A stretch of 64,000 nt of DNA from Gammaproteobacteria bacterium (GTDB lineage: Bacteria > Pseudomonadota > Gammaproteobacteria > JABDBA01). Of this stretch, positions 38,899-47,801 are shown piece after piece. Both the position numbers and the translations under genes were made by a program. The DNA is taken from contig JABDBA010000009.1 of the NCBI GenBank assembly GCA_013288885.1, positions 4,713 through 68,712 of the forward strand, written 5' to 3'. The stretch's first letter is position 1. The number at the start of each line of letters is the position of its first letter. The notes beneath the pieces were generated by a model that was not told the origin of the DNA, made no database searches, and saw only the letters and a list, made by a program, of their open reading frames with translations.

Positions 38899-41211
38899 CT
38901 AAAAGTTTGTTCCAACGTTAAATTGGAATGGTTCAAGCTGATCACCAGCATGTTTGTTAAGTGCCTTCGCTAAACTCACGTCTAATAATACATTTAATAC
39001 CGGTACACGCCAATCCACAGATAAACCGGCTGAATACCGCGGCCCACCCCCACTCATACCACCCCTTACTGCAGCCTGGCTAGTGTACACGTTACCACCA
39101 TCCACAAAAAGCGTAGTGCGTAGTTTATCTTCACTGATGTAATTTGGGAAGATGATCCCTAATGATCCTGTGGCCAATTTATTACCACCCAGTGGGTTCT
39201 GTTGTGAATCGAGCGGCCCTAAGGTGTTTGATTCATAACCGCGCACTGCCCCGTCATACCCTATGCCACCGGCATAATAGTTAGCAAAGAACGGCAACCC
39301 ATGGGTAGGCCCTATACCCGCACCATACCCTAATCCGGCGCGCCCGGTAAAGATATAATTTCCGTAGATGGGCTGGTAAAAATTCATATCGTAGTTAGTT
39401 TTATAATAATCTAACGAAGTACCACCACCCGGTGCTGAAAGTTGTATGCCCAAATCTTCATAAATACCTTTGGTCGGGAAAATAGCGCGATCTAAACCGT
39501 TATGCGACCAACCGGCATTCCACAATGTTTGATTAAAATGTCTGCCATTTGAATTAACAAAGTTAGTTACCTGGGTCGAGGGGTCTGACCCCACCGATAA
39601 AAAGGTTACCTGATAACCATAACCTAACTGAAGAAAATCGCCATTGGCACTGATCGGGATGCTGTAATTAACCGTACCGCCGTACATATTGGTGGTGTAA
39701 GAAGCAATATTCACGTTACCCGGTGTAACGCGTTGTGCATACAGAGTAAACCCACGTTGAATACCGCTTTGGGTGTAATACGGATCATTATAATTAATAC
39801 TGTATATTCTTTCGTATTCGCTTTGATTAAAGTTTACACCTACTGTTTTGCCCGTTCCCATAAAATTAGTTTGGTTAACACCAGCGCCTAACACCCACCC
39901 ATCCGTACCGTAACCCACCGATGCCATGGCTTGTGCTGAAGGGGCTTCTTCCACTTTGTAATTAATATCGACTTGATCAGGTGAACCTGCAACAGGATCG
40001 GTGGTTGAACTTACATTTTGCAAATAACCCAACAAATTAAGTTGACGTTCTGATTCTTTCACGGCACTGGTGGAAATTAAACCGCTTTCCATTTGCGTGG
40101 TTGCGCGTCGCAATACCACATCTTCTGTTTTTGTATTACCGATAAAATTAACATGGCGCACGTAAACCCGATTACCCGGTTCAATATAAAACGTTAAAAA
40201 TACTTGGTGATTGGCGTCATCGACTTTCGGCACAACATTAACATTGGCAAACGCATAACCCATATCACCATAGGCAGTAGTAATAGCTTTTGTCAGTGCA
40301 TCATTTTTGCCTTTAGAATAAACATCCCCTTTTTGTATATTGATCGCTTTTTGCAGCTTGGTTTGCGATAAAACAATATTGCCGATGATTTGATACCCAC
40401 TAACGGTATACACCGGGCCTTCGGTTACTGAAATAATGATATAAACAAAATTGCGATCGGGCGTTAATGTAGCTTGCACAGTATCGATCTTAAATTTGAG
40501 GTAACCACGATCTTGATAATAAGAGGTCAGTGCATCTAATGACTTATGTAGTTTGTCAGAAGTATAAAGATCACCGTGCGTGAAGAACGACCACATATGT
40601 GGTTCTGTCAACGGTAAGCTATTAATTAATTTTCTGCTACTGAATACATGATTGCCGACAATGCTGATTGCGCGCACTTGTACTGAACGTCCTTCTGAAA
40701 TTACAATTTTGATAGCAACGCGATTGCGTGGTTCTGGTGTTACTGTTGTTGTTACTTTGGAATTATATTTGCCTTGATTGTCGTATTCATTTTCTAAACT
40801 GGTTCTAAAGGCTTCTAAGGTGGAGTTATCAAATACCGCGCCTTGGACTAAGCCGGTTTTTTTCAAGACATCGTCTAGTTTATCTTTAGGTACGACTTTG
40901 TTGCCGGTCACATCGATATTGCTAATAATTGGGCGTTCATTGACCCTGACAATTAGTGTGCTACCTTGCTGTGATAAAGCTACATCGTTAAATAAGCCAG
41001 TAGCGTACATGGTCTTAATAACCTGCCCGGATTGTGCGGTGTCGAATTTTTGGCCGACGTGCACAGGCAAATAACTCAACACGGTATCGCTACTAAGCCC
41101 TTGCAGGCCTTCGACTTGGATGTTGGTTACAATAAACGTGCTCGCGTAAGTGGTGGTGATTAAAACCCCCGCGAGGAATAATGCAATGCTGATTTTGACT
41201 AGGACGCGCAT
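38899..41211 (-). CDS. bamA: Outer membrane protein assembly factor BamA
   Basis: POTRA repeats plus a C-terminal beta-barrel ending ...FQFNVGTNF. The start is trimmed to the ATG at 41211, giving signal peptide MRVLVKISIALFLAGVLITTTYA. Confidence 0.93.
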   Translation of the reverse strand: MRVLVKISIALFLAGVLITTTYASTFIVTNIQVEGLQGLSSDTVLSYLPVHVGQKFDTAQSGQVIKTMYATGLFNDVALSQQGSTLIVRVNERPIISNIDVTGNKVVPKDKLDDVLKKTGLVQGAVFDNSTLEAFRTSLENEYDNQGKYNSKVTTTVTPEPRNRVAIKIVISEGRSVQVRAISIVGNHVFSSRKLINSLPLTEPHMWSFFTHGDLYTSDKLHKSLDALTSYYQDRGYLKFKIDTVQATLTPDRNFVYIIISVTEGPVYTVSGYQIIGNIVLSQTKLQKAINIQKGDVYSKGKNDALTKAITTAYGDMGYAFANVNVVPKVDDANHQVFLTFYIEPGNRVYVRHVNFIGNTKTEDVVLRRATTQMESGLISTSAVKESERQLNLLGYLQNVSSTTDPVAGSPDQVDINYKVEEAPSAQAMASVGYGTDGWVLGAGVNQTNFMGTGKTVGVNFNQSEYERIYSINYNDPYYTQSGIQRGFTLYAQRVTPGNVNIASYTTNMYGGTVNYSIPISANGDFLQLGYGYQVTFLSVGSDPSTQVTNFVNSNGRHFNQTLWNAGWSHNGLDRAIFPTKGIYEDLGIQLSAPGGGTSLDYYKTNYDMNFYQPIYGNYIFTGRAGLGYGAGIGPTHGLPFFANYYAGGIGYDGAVRGYESNTLGPLDSQQNPLGGNKLATGSLGIIFPNYISEDKLRTTLFVDGGNVYTSQAAVRGGMSGGGPRYSAGLSVDWRVPVLNVLLDVSLAKALNKHAGDQLEPFQFNVGTNF

Positions 41212-41369
41212 AATTGTTATTTTAATGATTACCTTAAGCTTTGACCAAAAATTTTGCCGAGGCATCATATCATTATTCCACCCCAAAGCTATAGCCTAGA
41301 TCGGTAAAATACAGTTTTTTATTTATTTCCTGCGAAACAACCAAAATAGTGCAAATTTTGAGCGGAAGA

Positions 41370-41577
41370 GTAAATAGCTGCCTGGTTATTGCTTGTCTCT
41401 CATATGCGAGCGTAACCCTCGTATCGAGGCGTGCTCACTTGCTCGCTAGACAAACATCCCTGTTTACTAGCGAGCGGCGTCATCCATGACGCCGCCCTTT
41501 CGGGCGAAGGTTGCGCGCGCGCTCTCTACTCGGCGCTCGCACAAATCGAGCCAATCAATAACCAGGCAGCTATTTAC
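41370..41577 (+). repeat. Family C hairpin element, copy 1 (208 bp, terminal inverted repeats GTAAATAGCTGCC...)
   Basis: Termini GTAAATAGCTGCCTGGTTATTG / CAATAACCAGGCAGCTATTTAC. Internal hairpins CTCGCTAG...CTAGCGAG and GGCGGCGTCAT-CC-ATGACGCCGCC. Confidence 0.85.
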
Positions 41578-41598
41578 GCTTCATATATTTGTGTGCGA

Positions 41599-41668
41599 GT
41601 AGGTCGGCTCAAGGAGCGTAGCGACGGAGCCGACATTAGTAATGCTCATTAACATCGCTGCCGGAAAG
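41599..41668. repeat. REP-like element (family B), right arm degenerate
   Basis: GTAGGTCGGCTCAAGGAGCGTAGCGACGGAGCCGACA followed by a decayed second arm. Confidence 0.7.
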
Positions 41669-41711
41669 CTACGCTATCCCACGAAAAGACACCTGAGAAC
41701 CTGGCAGCTAT

Positions 41712-42911
41712 TTACCCTTCTGTGCAGAGGGATGTTTTATCTTTCCGCACCCCACTTTTATCATAATTAAAAGAACTCGGATAACCAGCACCATTCCATA
41801 TCATGTCAAATAATGGTTTAAATACTTTATCTAAACCTAAACTATCCTCCAGCAAAAACTCGTTTATCAAAATATCAGGGGTTTGAATAATATCGCGATC
41901 AAACCTTTTCTCATCGCGATCAAAAGGGGAATTATTTCCATAGATCAGTACTACATTTTTTACACCAATAAGTGTTAAAAAAATAACAATGGGCGGTGTA
42001 ATTTGCAATTCACGAAATATCCCTTCACATTTGTTGTAAAAACTTAGTATCTGTTGTTCAAAATCTTGTTGGAGTATCGTTTTACCATTACAAGGAGGTA
42101 TACTGTTTACAGATTCGATGGAACCATTACGAAATAACATTGTATAACCGTGCGATCCACCCTCAACCAAACCTCTATGGCGAAATACACCGTCAATGTT
42201 AATACAATCTGAACCATCCGCACTACGCATTAAAGGCAGCTGATAAGCTGAATCCAAACTATCCAAATATTTATTTATATCTATTAGTGAATTTTGTAAA
42301 AACGAATAGACAGGTATTAAATGAAAAACTAATTTAGGATATGGTTGCAATGGAATAGGGGAATTATCATAGAGTAATTCACTTATTCTTTTAGCTCGAA
42401 AGTTTTTAATTTTTTCTTGAAACCCTTCCGTTGTTAAAACAGCATTTCTGACTTCAAAAACATCCATAGGCTGATTGCATGCTGAAGCACGAATATAAAA
42501 ACGATTCGATTTTTTAGCAGCATGCGGCTTATTTAAACTTTGTATTATTTTTAGAATTAAAACTTTCTTTGTACTATCCTCAACTATTTTAATATCAGAT
42601 CCATAAAAACTAGGTTCAGTATTAGTTCTAATGACTTCAGTAATCTTTCGTATTTCACCATCTGAGTTACTTATCTCTATACCAGATATAGCGGTAGGAA
42701 ATCCATCCTTTTCTTCCATACCGTAAACAATATACCCACCAGATGCATTTGCAAATGCACACACATCATTAATAAAACCTTCTTTTTCTTTATCATTAGA
42801 AAAATTTGGTAATTTACTTTTGTAATCAATATATTTTGATTCCGGAACTTTATTCTCCACTAAGCCTGTAATATCCGAGAACTTAATTTGGCTAAACGAT
42901 TCAAAAAGCAT
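41712..42911 (-). CDS. Schlafen/AlbA_2-domain protein with an uncharacterised C-terminal half of about 230 aa
   Basis: The N-terminal 150 aa follow the AlbA_2 pattern: ESKYIDYKSKLP...FINDVCAFANASGGYIVYGMEEKDG...VLILKIIQSLNKPH...FYIRASACNQPMDVFEV. I recognise no motif in the C-terminal half. Confidence 0.6.
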   Translation of the reverse strand: MLFESFSQIKFSDITGLVENKVPESKYIDYKSKLPNFSNDKEKEGFINDVCAFANASGGYIVYGMEEKDGFPTAISGIEISNSDGEIRKITEVIRTNTEPSFYGSDIKIVEDSTKKVLILKIIQSLNKPHAAKKSNRFYIRASACNQPMDVFEVRNAVLTTEGFQEKIKNFRAKRISELLYDNSPIPLQPYPKLVFHLIPVYSFLQNSLIDINKYLDSLDSAYQLPLMRSADGSDCINIDGVFRHRGLVEGGSHGYTMLFRNGSIESVNSIPPCNGKTILQQDFEQQILSFYNKCEGIFRELQITPPIVIFLTLIGVKNVVLIYGNNSPFDRDEKRFDRDIIQTPDILINEFLLEDSLGLDKVFKPLFDMIWNGAGYPSSFNYDKSGVRKDKTSLCTEG

Positions 42912-43029
42912 GACATACTCCTCAAGACTATACCTATTGCAAAATTTCCAACAGTTTATATTTAATTGGTTTTCAATACCTGGTTATTCTCACCTTTGTA
43001 TAGATGGTAGGATTGCCTTTCGAGTTGCT

Positions 43030-43159
43030 CTATTTCAAAACTCTCTTAGCAATTCGATAAATTTCTCCGTCATTTCGTTTACCAACCAAGACTATCGTTA
43101 CTATTTACTATGTCTTTTTCAGGTTCAAATCGATAGATAATCCTATATTCGCCTATAAG
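43030..43159 (-). pseudogene. RelE/ParE-type toxin remnant (C-terminal third only, frameshifted)
   Basis: The reverse strand reads LIGEYRIIYRFEPEKDIV... then, after a 1-nt shift, VTIVLVGKRNDGEIYRIAKRVLK*. Compare the intact toxin at 28922-29188 (IGEYRIIYSFDDSIVYIKLIGKRNGGEVYKKLKR). Confidence 0.55.
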
Positions 43160-43164
43160 AGATC

Positions 43165-43248
43165 ATGTGGTCAAGTCTACGATCTATGTATTTGACAATA
43201 TTTTGCGCAAAATATTGTCAAATACATAGATCGTAGACTTGACCACAT
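43165..43248. repeat. Perfect 84-bp palindrome (40-bp arms around a central GCGC)
   Basis: ATGTGGTCAAGTCTACGATCTATGTATTTGACAATATTTT GCGC AAAATATTGTCAAATACATAGATCGTAGACTTGACCACAT. Checked base by base. Confidence 0.95.
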
Positions 43249-43260
43249 CGCCTTTTTCTC

Positions 43261-43354
43261 CGCGGCTCAAGGAGCGTAGCGACGGAGCCGACAGCGATAA
43301 TGATTTAGCATCGAATGTCGGATCCGTCGCTGGCGCTCCTTGATCCGACCTACC
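43261..43354. repeat. REP doublet (BIME-like, family B)
   Basis: ...GGCTCAAGGAGCGTAGCGACGGAGCCGACA - linker - TGTCGGATCCGTCGCTGGCGCTCCTTGATCCGACCTAC. Confidence 0.85.
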
Positions 43355-43372
43355 TGCACTCAGATATAAAGC

Positions 43373-43581
43373 GTAAATAGCTGCCAGATGACTTGCTTGG
43401 CTTGAGTTGTGCAAGCGCCGAGTAGAGGGTGCGGCGCAACCTTCGCCCGTAGGGCGGCGTCATGGATGACGCCGCTCGCTAGTAGACAGGGATGTTTGTC
43501 TAGCGAGCAAGTGAGCACGCCCCGAATACGAGGAGCAAGCTTGCACACGAAAGACAAGCAAGTCATCTGGCAGCTATTTAC
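43373..43581 (-). repeat. Family C hairpin element, copy 2 (inverted relative to copy 1)
   Basis: The core is homologous to the reverse complement of 41370-41577. Termini GTAAATAGCTGCCAGATGACTTGCTTG / CAAGCAAGTCATCTGGCAGCTATTTAC. It ends 5 nt before the dxr stop. Confidence 0.85.
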
Positions 43582-43586
43582 ACATT

Positions 43587-44762
43587 TTACGGGTGGCGAT
43601 TTAAGAGTTGCGCACATTCTCGTGCAGCGGCGTTGTCTTGCAGGATGATGTCTAAGTTCGTGGCGGGTCGTGATGGAAGTTTGTTTAACACTTTATCGAC
43701 GGTGATGGCGATATCGGTGAATGCCATTTTGCCGTCTAAAAATGCTTGCACGGCAATTTCGTTAGCGGCATTTAAAATGGTTGGTGCAGTACCGCCTGTT
43801 TGCAGTGCTTGATACGCTAAATTTAAACACGGGTAACGTTCAGTATCTAACACCGCAAAATCTAACTTGCCTAAAGTCAATAAATCCAAATTATTCACCC
43901 CACTGGCGATGCGTTCGGGCCAAGCCAAGGCATGGGCGATCGGCACGCGCATATCGGAACAACCCAAATGCGCTAAGGTAGAACCATCTTTATATTCCAC
44001 TAATGAATGCACCGTGCTTTGTGGATGCAATAAAACTTTAATTTGATCCGCAGGTAAACCAAATAACCAATGCGCTTCGATCACTTCTAAACCTTTATTC
44101 ATCATGGTAGCGCAATCGACAGTAATCTTTGGGCCCATGTTCCAATTCGGATGAGTAATTGCTTGCGCCGGTGTCACATTGGGCAAATCCGTTAACGGCA
44201 ACTCACGAAATGCACCACCCGAAGCGGTCAATAAAATTCGGGCAATTTTAGCATTGCGTTCACCCATTTTAAAATCAGTCGGCAGGCACTGAAAAATAGC
44301 ATTGTGTTCGCTATCAATTGGCAATAACGTTGCATTGTGATCACGCACTTCTTTCATAAACAATGCACCCGCCATCACTAACGCTTCTTTATTAGCTAAT
44401 AAAACACGCTTGCCTGCTTTTGCTGCCGCTAATGTCGGCAACAAACCTACCGCTCCGACAATAGCAGCCATCACGATATCGGCTTGCGGCAGGCTAGCTA
44501 CTGTTTCTAAACCAGCATTGCCTATTAACACTTCAATTGTTAAATTAATTTTTTGTAAGCGTTGTTGCAATAATTTAGCACTCGCTTCATCCGCCACCAC
44601 AGCATATTCAGGGCGATGCAATGCGCACAGATCATATAAACGATCAATATTTTTATGCGCAGTCAATGCCAGCACCCGAAAATTTTCACGATGACGGGCA
44701 ATAATATCTAACGTGCTTAAACCAATTGATCCTGTTGCACCTAAAATAACAATATTTTTCAT
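43587..44762 (-). CDS. dxr: 1-deoxy-D-xylulose 5-phosphate reductoisomerase
   Basis: ILGATGSIGLSTLDI N-terminus. 391 aa. Confidence 0.95.
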   Translation of the reverse strand: MKNIVILGATGSIGLSTLDIIARHRENFRVLALTAHKNIDRLYDLCALHRPEYAVVADEASAKLLQQRLQKINLTIEVLIGNAGLETVASLPQADIVMAAIVGAVGLLPTLAAAKAGKRVLLANKEALVMAGALFMKEVRDHNATLLPIDSEHNAIFQCLPTDFKMGERNAKIARILLTASGGAFRELPLTDLPNVTPAQAITHPNWNMGPKITVDCATMMNKGLEVIEAHWLFGLPADQIKVLLHPQSTVHSLVEYKDGSTLAHLGCSDMRVPIAHALAWPERIASGVNNLDLLTLGKLDFAVLDTERYPCLNLAYQALQTGGTAPTILNAANEIAVQAFLDGKMAFTDIAITVDKVLNKLPSRPATNLDIILQDNAAARECAQLLNRHP

Positions 44763-45556
44763 AACAGCCCCATTGAAAAAACACCACAGGCAAACACCGG
44801 TGCAGCAGCGATAACACTATCAAGCCGATCTAAAATCCCACCATGCCCTGGTAGTAAATTACCACTGTCTTTGATATTAACTTGCCGCTTGAGATAACTC
44901 TCTAATAAATCACCGATAACTGCCGCAATAAAAGCAGGTATAGTCGCTTTGATCCAACCGAATGATGATTGCTCTGGTGTGCCCAAAAACCATTGTCCTA
45001 ATATTGCAATCAGAATAATAACTAGCAATGCCACAAATGTGCCTTCCATGGTTTTATTCGGGCTAATCACCGGCGCTAATTTTCGTTTACCTAAAGCACG
45101 TCCGCCAAAATACGCAGCCGTATCGGCCATGCAAACCACCACCAATAAATAAAATAATAATATCGGTTTAAGATGCAATAATAATATTGCTTCGAAAAAA
45201 GGAACCAGCAATAAAACCCCACCGATACCAATTAACCAACGTGGAAATTTAATCAGTTGTGCTTTTTTACGCACGATAGCAATAAATATAAACAGCGCAA
45301 ACCAAATAATTGAACTCACGCCAATAATAAACACGGGCGGTAAAAACAAGGCTAAGATAATCGCCACCAGCACATAAGCCACATACAACAAACGCCATTG
45401 GGTTTTAGTCCAACCAATTAACTGCGCCCACTCCCAAGCCGCTAGCAATGTGACGATTGCACACACAGGCGTAAAATAAGTTTGCGGTAAATAAAAAATC
45501 GCCGCCAAGACCAGAGGAATTAAAACACACGCGGTTAAAATACGGTATTTAAGCAT
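44759..45556 (-). CDS. cdsA: Phosphatidate cytidylyltransferase
   Basis: Signature SYLKRQVNIKDSGNLLPGHGGILDRLDS. The start is trimmed to MLKYRILTA at 45556, giving an 8-nt overlap with uppS. Confidence 0.9.
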   Translation of the reverse strand: MLKYRILTACVLIPLVLAAIFYLPQTYFTPVCAIVTLLAAWEWAQLIGWTKTQWRLLYVAYVLVAIILALFLPPVFIIGVSSIIWFALFIFIAIVRKKAQLIKFPRWLIGIGGVLLLVPFFEAILLLHLKPILLFYLLVVVCMADTAAYFGGRALGKRKLAPVISPNKTMEGTFVALLVIILIAILGQWFLGTPEQSSFGWIKATIPAFIAAVIGDLLESYLKRQVNIKDSGNLLPGHGGILDRLDSVIAAAPVFACGVFSMGLL

Positions 45557-46283
45557 TGGCAAGTTGCTCGATTTGTTCGCCAGTATGGCCAAAACGGCGT
45601 TGGCGGCTGGCGTAAAAAGATAAAGCATCGGCTAAAATTTTGCTATCCACATCAGGCCAAAAAATATCAGTAAAATAAAATTCGGTATAAGCTAATTGCC
45701 ATAACATAAAATTACTGATGCGGCGCTCACCACTGGTGCGAATAAATAAATCGGGTTCGGGTAAATCAGCCATTTCTAACAATGAAGCAAAAAGTTCCTG
45801 CGTCAGCGTATCAGCTGTGGTTTTACCTTGTTCAACCTGTTGCGCAAATTTGCGTGCCGCTTGTACGATGTCCCAACGCCCACCGTAATCGGCAGCAATA
45901 ATTAATTTTAAACCAGTATTATTAGCCGTCAGTTGTTGTGCTTTGGTAATGCTATTGAGTAACTCAGGGCTAAAGCGTGAGCAGTCACCCACTATTCGCA
46001 TTTGAATATTATTTTTATGGAGTTCTTCCACTTCATTTTGCAAAGCCGATAAAAACAACCCCATTAAACCTTTGACTTCGGGCAACGGTCGCTGCCAATT
46101 TTCACTGCTAAAAGCGAAGAGTGTTAATACTTCGATGTTAGCTTCGGCACAAGCACGCACTACGCGTTTGACGGTTTTTAAACCTTCGTAATGGCCAGCC
46201 ATGCGTGGAAGATGACGTTGTTTTGCCCAACGACCATTACCGTCCATTACAATGGCGATGTGTTTAGGAAGTTTGGGTTGCAT
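45549..46283 (-). CDS. uppS: Undecaprenyl diphosphate synthase
   Basis: HIAIVMDGNGRWA motif. Confidence 0.95.
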   Translation of the reverse strand: MQPKLPKHIAIVMDGNGRWAKQRHLPRMAGHYEGLKTVKRVVRACAEANIEVLTLFAFSSENWQRPLPEVKGLMGLFLSALQNEVEELHKNNIQMRIVGDCSRFSPELLNSITKAQQLTANNTGLKLIIAADYGGRWDIVQAARKFAQQVEQGKTTADTLTQELFASLLEMADLPEPDLFIRTSGERRISNFMLWQLAYTEFYFTDIFWPDVDSKILADALSFYASRQRRFGHTGEQIEQLANA

Positions 46284-46291
46284 AGTTTAAT

Positions 46292-46849
46292 TTAAACTTC
46301 CATCAATTCTTTTTCTTTGATCGCACAAAGCCGATCCACTTCCGCCACGAATTTATCGGTGAGTTTTTGAATCGCATCTTGCAAACCGCGCTCTGCATCT
46401 TCGCTCAATTCTTTTTTCTTCAGTTGTTCTTTAAGTTGGTTATTGGCATCACGACGAATATTACGCAATGAAACCCGCGCATTTTCTGCTTCGCCTTTTA
46501 CTAACTTCGCCATTTCTTTACGACGTTCTTCACTTAAGGGTGGCAACGGCACACGTATATTGTTGCCAGTCGCTGCGGGGTTCAAACCGAGATCAGAAGT
46601 GACGATCGCTTTTTCGATTGCTTGCACCAATGATTTTTCCCACGGCGCAACCATTAAGGTACGCGAATCAGAAATGGTAATGCTCGCCACTTGGCTAAGT
46701 GGCACGTCATTGCCATAATAAGGAACGCGGATATGATCGAGCAAGCTCGGATGCGCGCGCCCGGTGCGTAACTTTGCTAATTCATTTTGCAAAGCTTCAA
46801 TCGCTTTTTTCATTTTACTTTCAGTGGTACTTTTTATTGCATCGCTCAT
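46292..46849 (-). CDS. frr: Ribosome recycling factor
   Basis: 185 aa with a typical RRF sequence ([16 protein letters not shown]). Confidence 0.97.
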   Translation of the reverse strand: MSDAIKSTTESKMKKAIEALQNELAKLRTGRAHPSLLDHIRVPYYGNDVPLSQVASITISDSRTLMVAPWEKSLVQAIEKAIVTSDLGLNPAATGNNIRVPLPPLSEERRKEMAKLVKGEAENARVSLRNIRRDANNQLKEQLKKKELSEDAERGLQDAIQKLTDKFVAEVDRLCAIKEKELMEV

Positions 46850-46916
46850 GTTGCCTCCACTTGATTATTAATTTATAGCACCCCATGTCTACATTTTTGT
46901 TTTACTCAATCTAAAC

Positions 46917-47642
46917 TTAATCCACCAATGTGCCTTCATCACTGCCAGTCACAATTCGCATTAAAATACCGGGCTTATTAATATTAAACACCCGAATCGG
47001 TAACTTATGATCACGGCACTGACAAAAAGCGGTTAAATCCATCACGCCCAATTCTTTTTCAAGCGCCTCTTGATAACTCAAATGTTTATATAATGTTGCT
47101 TTAGGATTGTGTTCTGGATCAGCCGAATAAATGCCATCGACATCAGTGGCTTTCAACAAAATATCCGCGCCAATTTCAATGCCGCGCAAACTGGCTGCTG
47201 AATCGGTAGTGACTAACGGGTTACCGGTGCCACCAGCAAAAATCACTATGTGCTGTTGTTGCAACTGTTCAATAGCATTGTGCCGACTATAATGCTCGGC
47301 CCAACCATTAACCGGAATGGCCGACATCACTCGACAGTGAACACCAGAATTTTCTACCGCATCACGCATCGCCAACGCATTCATCACCGTCGCCAACATA
47401 CCCATTTGATCGCCGGTAACACGATTAATGCCAATGGTAGTTAATGCAGCACCGCGGAATAGATTACCACCGCCGACCACAACACCTACCTGTACATTTA
47501 AACGCGCTACTGCCACGATTTCTTTCACTAAACGCTCTAACACCACTGGATCAATACCTAAAGTGGCTTGACCCAATAACGCTTCGCCACTGAGTTTTAA
47601 TAACACACGTTTATAAATCGCTTTAGTATTATTACTCGACAT
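46917..47642 (-). CDS. pyrH: UMP kinase
   Basis: [14 protein letters not shown]-terminus. Confidence 0.97.
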   Translation of the reverse strand: MSSNNTKAIYKRVLLKLSGEALLGQATLGIDPVVLERLVKEIVAVARLNVQVGVVVGGGNLFRGAALTTIGINRVTGDQMGMLATVMNALAMRDAVENSGVHCRVMSAIPVNGWAEHYSRHNAIEQLQQQHIVIFAGGTGNPLVTTDSAASLRGIEIGADILLKATDVDGIYSADPEHNPKATLYKHLSYQEALEKELGVMDLTAFCQCRDHKLPIRVFNINKPGILMRIVTGSDEGTLVD

Positions 47643-47693
47643 AACTTAGTTCCCACTCTTAAAAATACAGTTATCTCATATGCTCTAAGCAAT

Positions 47694-47787
47694 TGGATTT
47701 TCGGCTAGGCGTCAAGTCGCGAGCAAGCGGAGCATATGGGTTATATGTGAGCATTGCGAGCGACGCAGACAACAACGCCGAAAGTCC
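47694..47787. repeat. Imperfect palindromic intergenic element between tsf and pyrH
   Basis: Arms TGGATTTTCGGC...TCGCGAGCAA / TTGCGAGCGA...GCCGAAAGTCCA with mismatched interior. Confidence 0.45.
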
Positions 47788-47801
47788 AAGTGCGACGAGC
47801 A

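Larger units (their letters stand above)
41370..43581. mobile_element. Accessory island bounded by inverted composite repeats (family C plus family B) between bamA and dxr
   Basis: The left unit 41370-41668 and the right unit 43261-43581 are homologous in inverted orientation. Cargo: an AlbA_2-like gene, a RelE remnant and an 84-bp palindrome. No recombinase is visible. Confidence 0.45.

Noticed and set aside
41370-41577. Family C element as a retron msr/msd or a group II intron fragment, because of its long terminal inverted repeats and internal hairpins.
   Set aside because: There is no reverse transcriptase ORF nearby and I recognise no intron domain V/VI-like motifs. The second copy is in the same island, which favours a repeat-element interpretation.
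41431-41652. ORFs 41431-41652 (+) and 43360-43617 (-) share an identical peptide LTCSLDKHPCLLASGVIHDAAL. This could suggest a conserved small protein.
   Set aside because: Both lie entirely within family C/B repeat elements. The identity reflects nucleotide conservation of a hairpin-rich core. The frames diverge outside it and lack RBSs.
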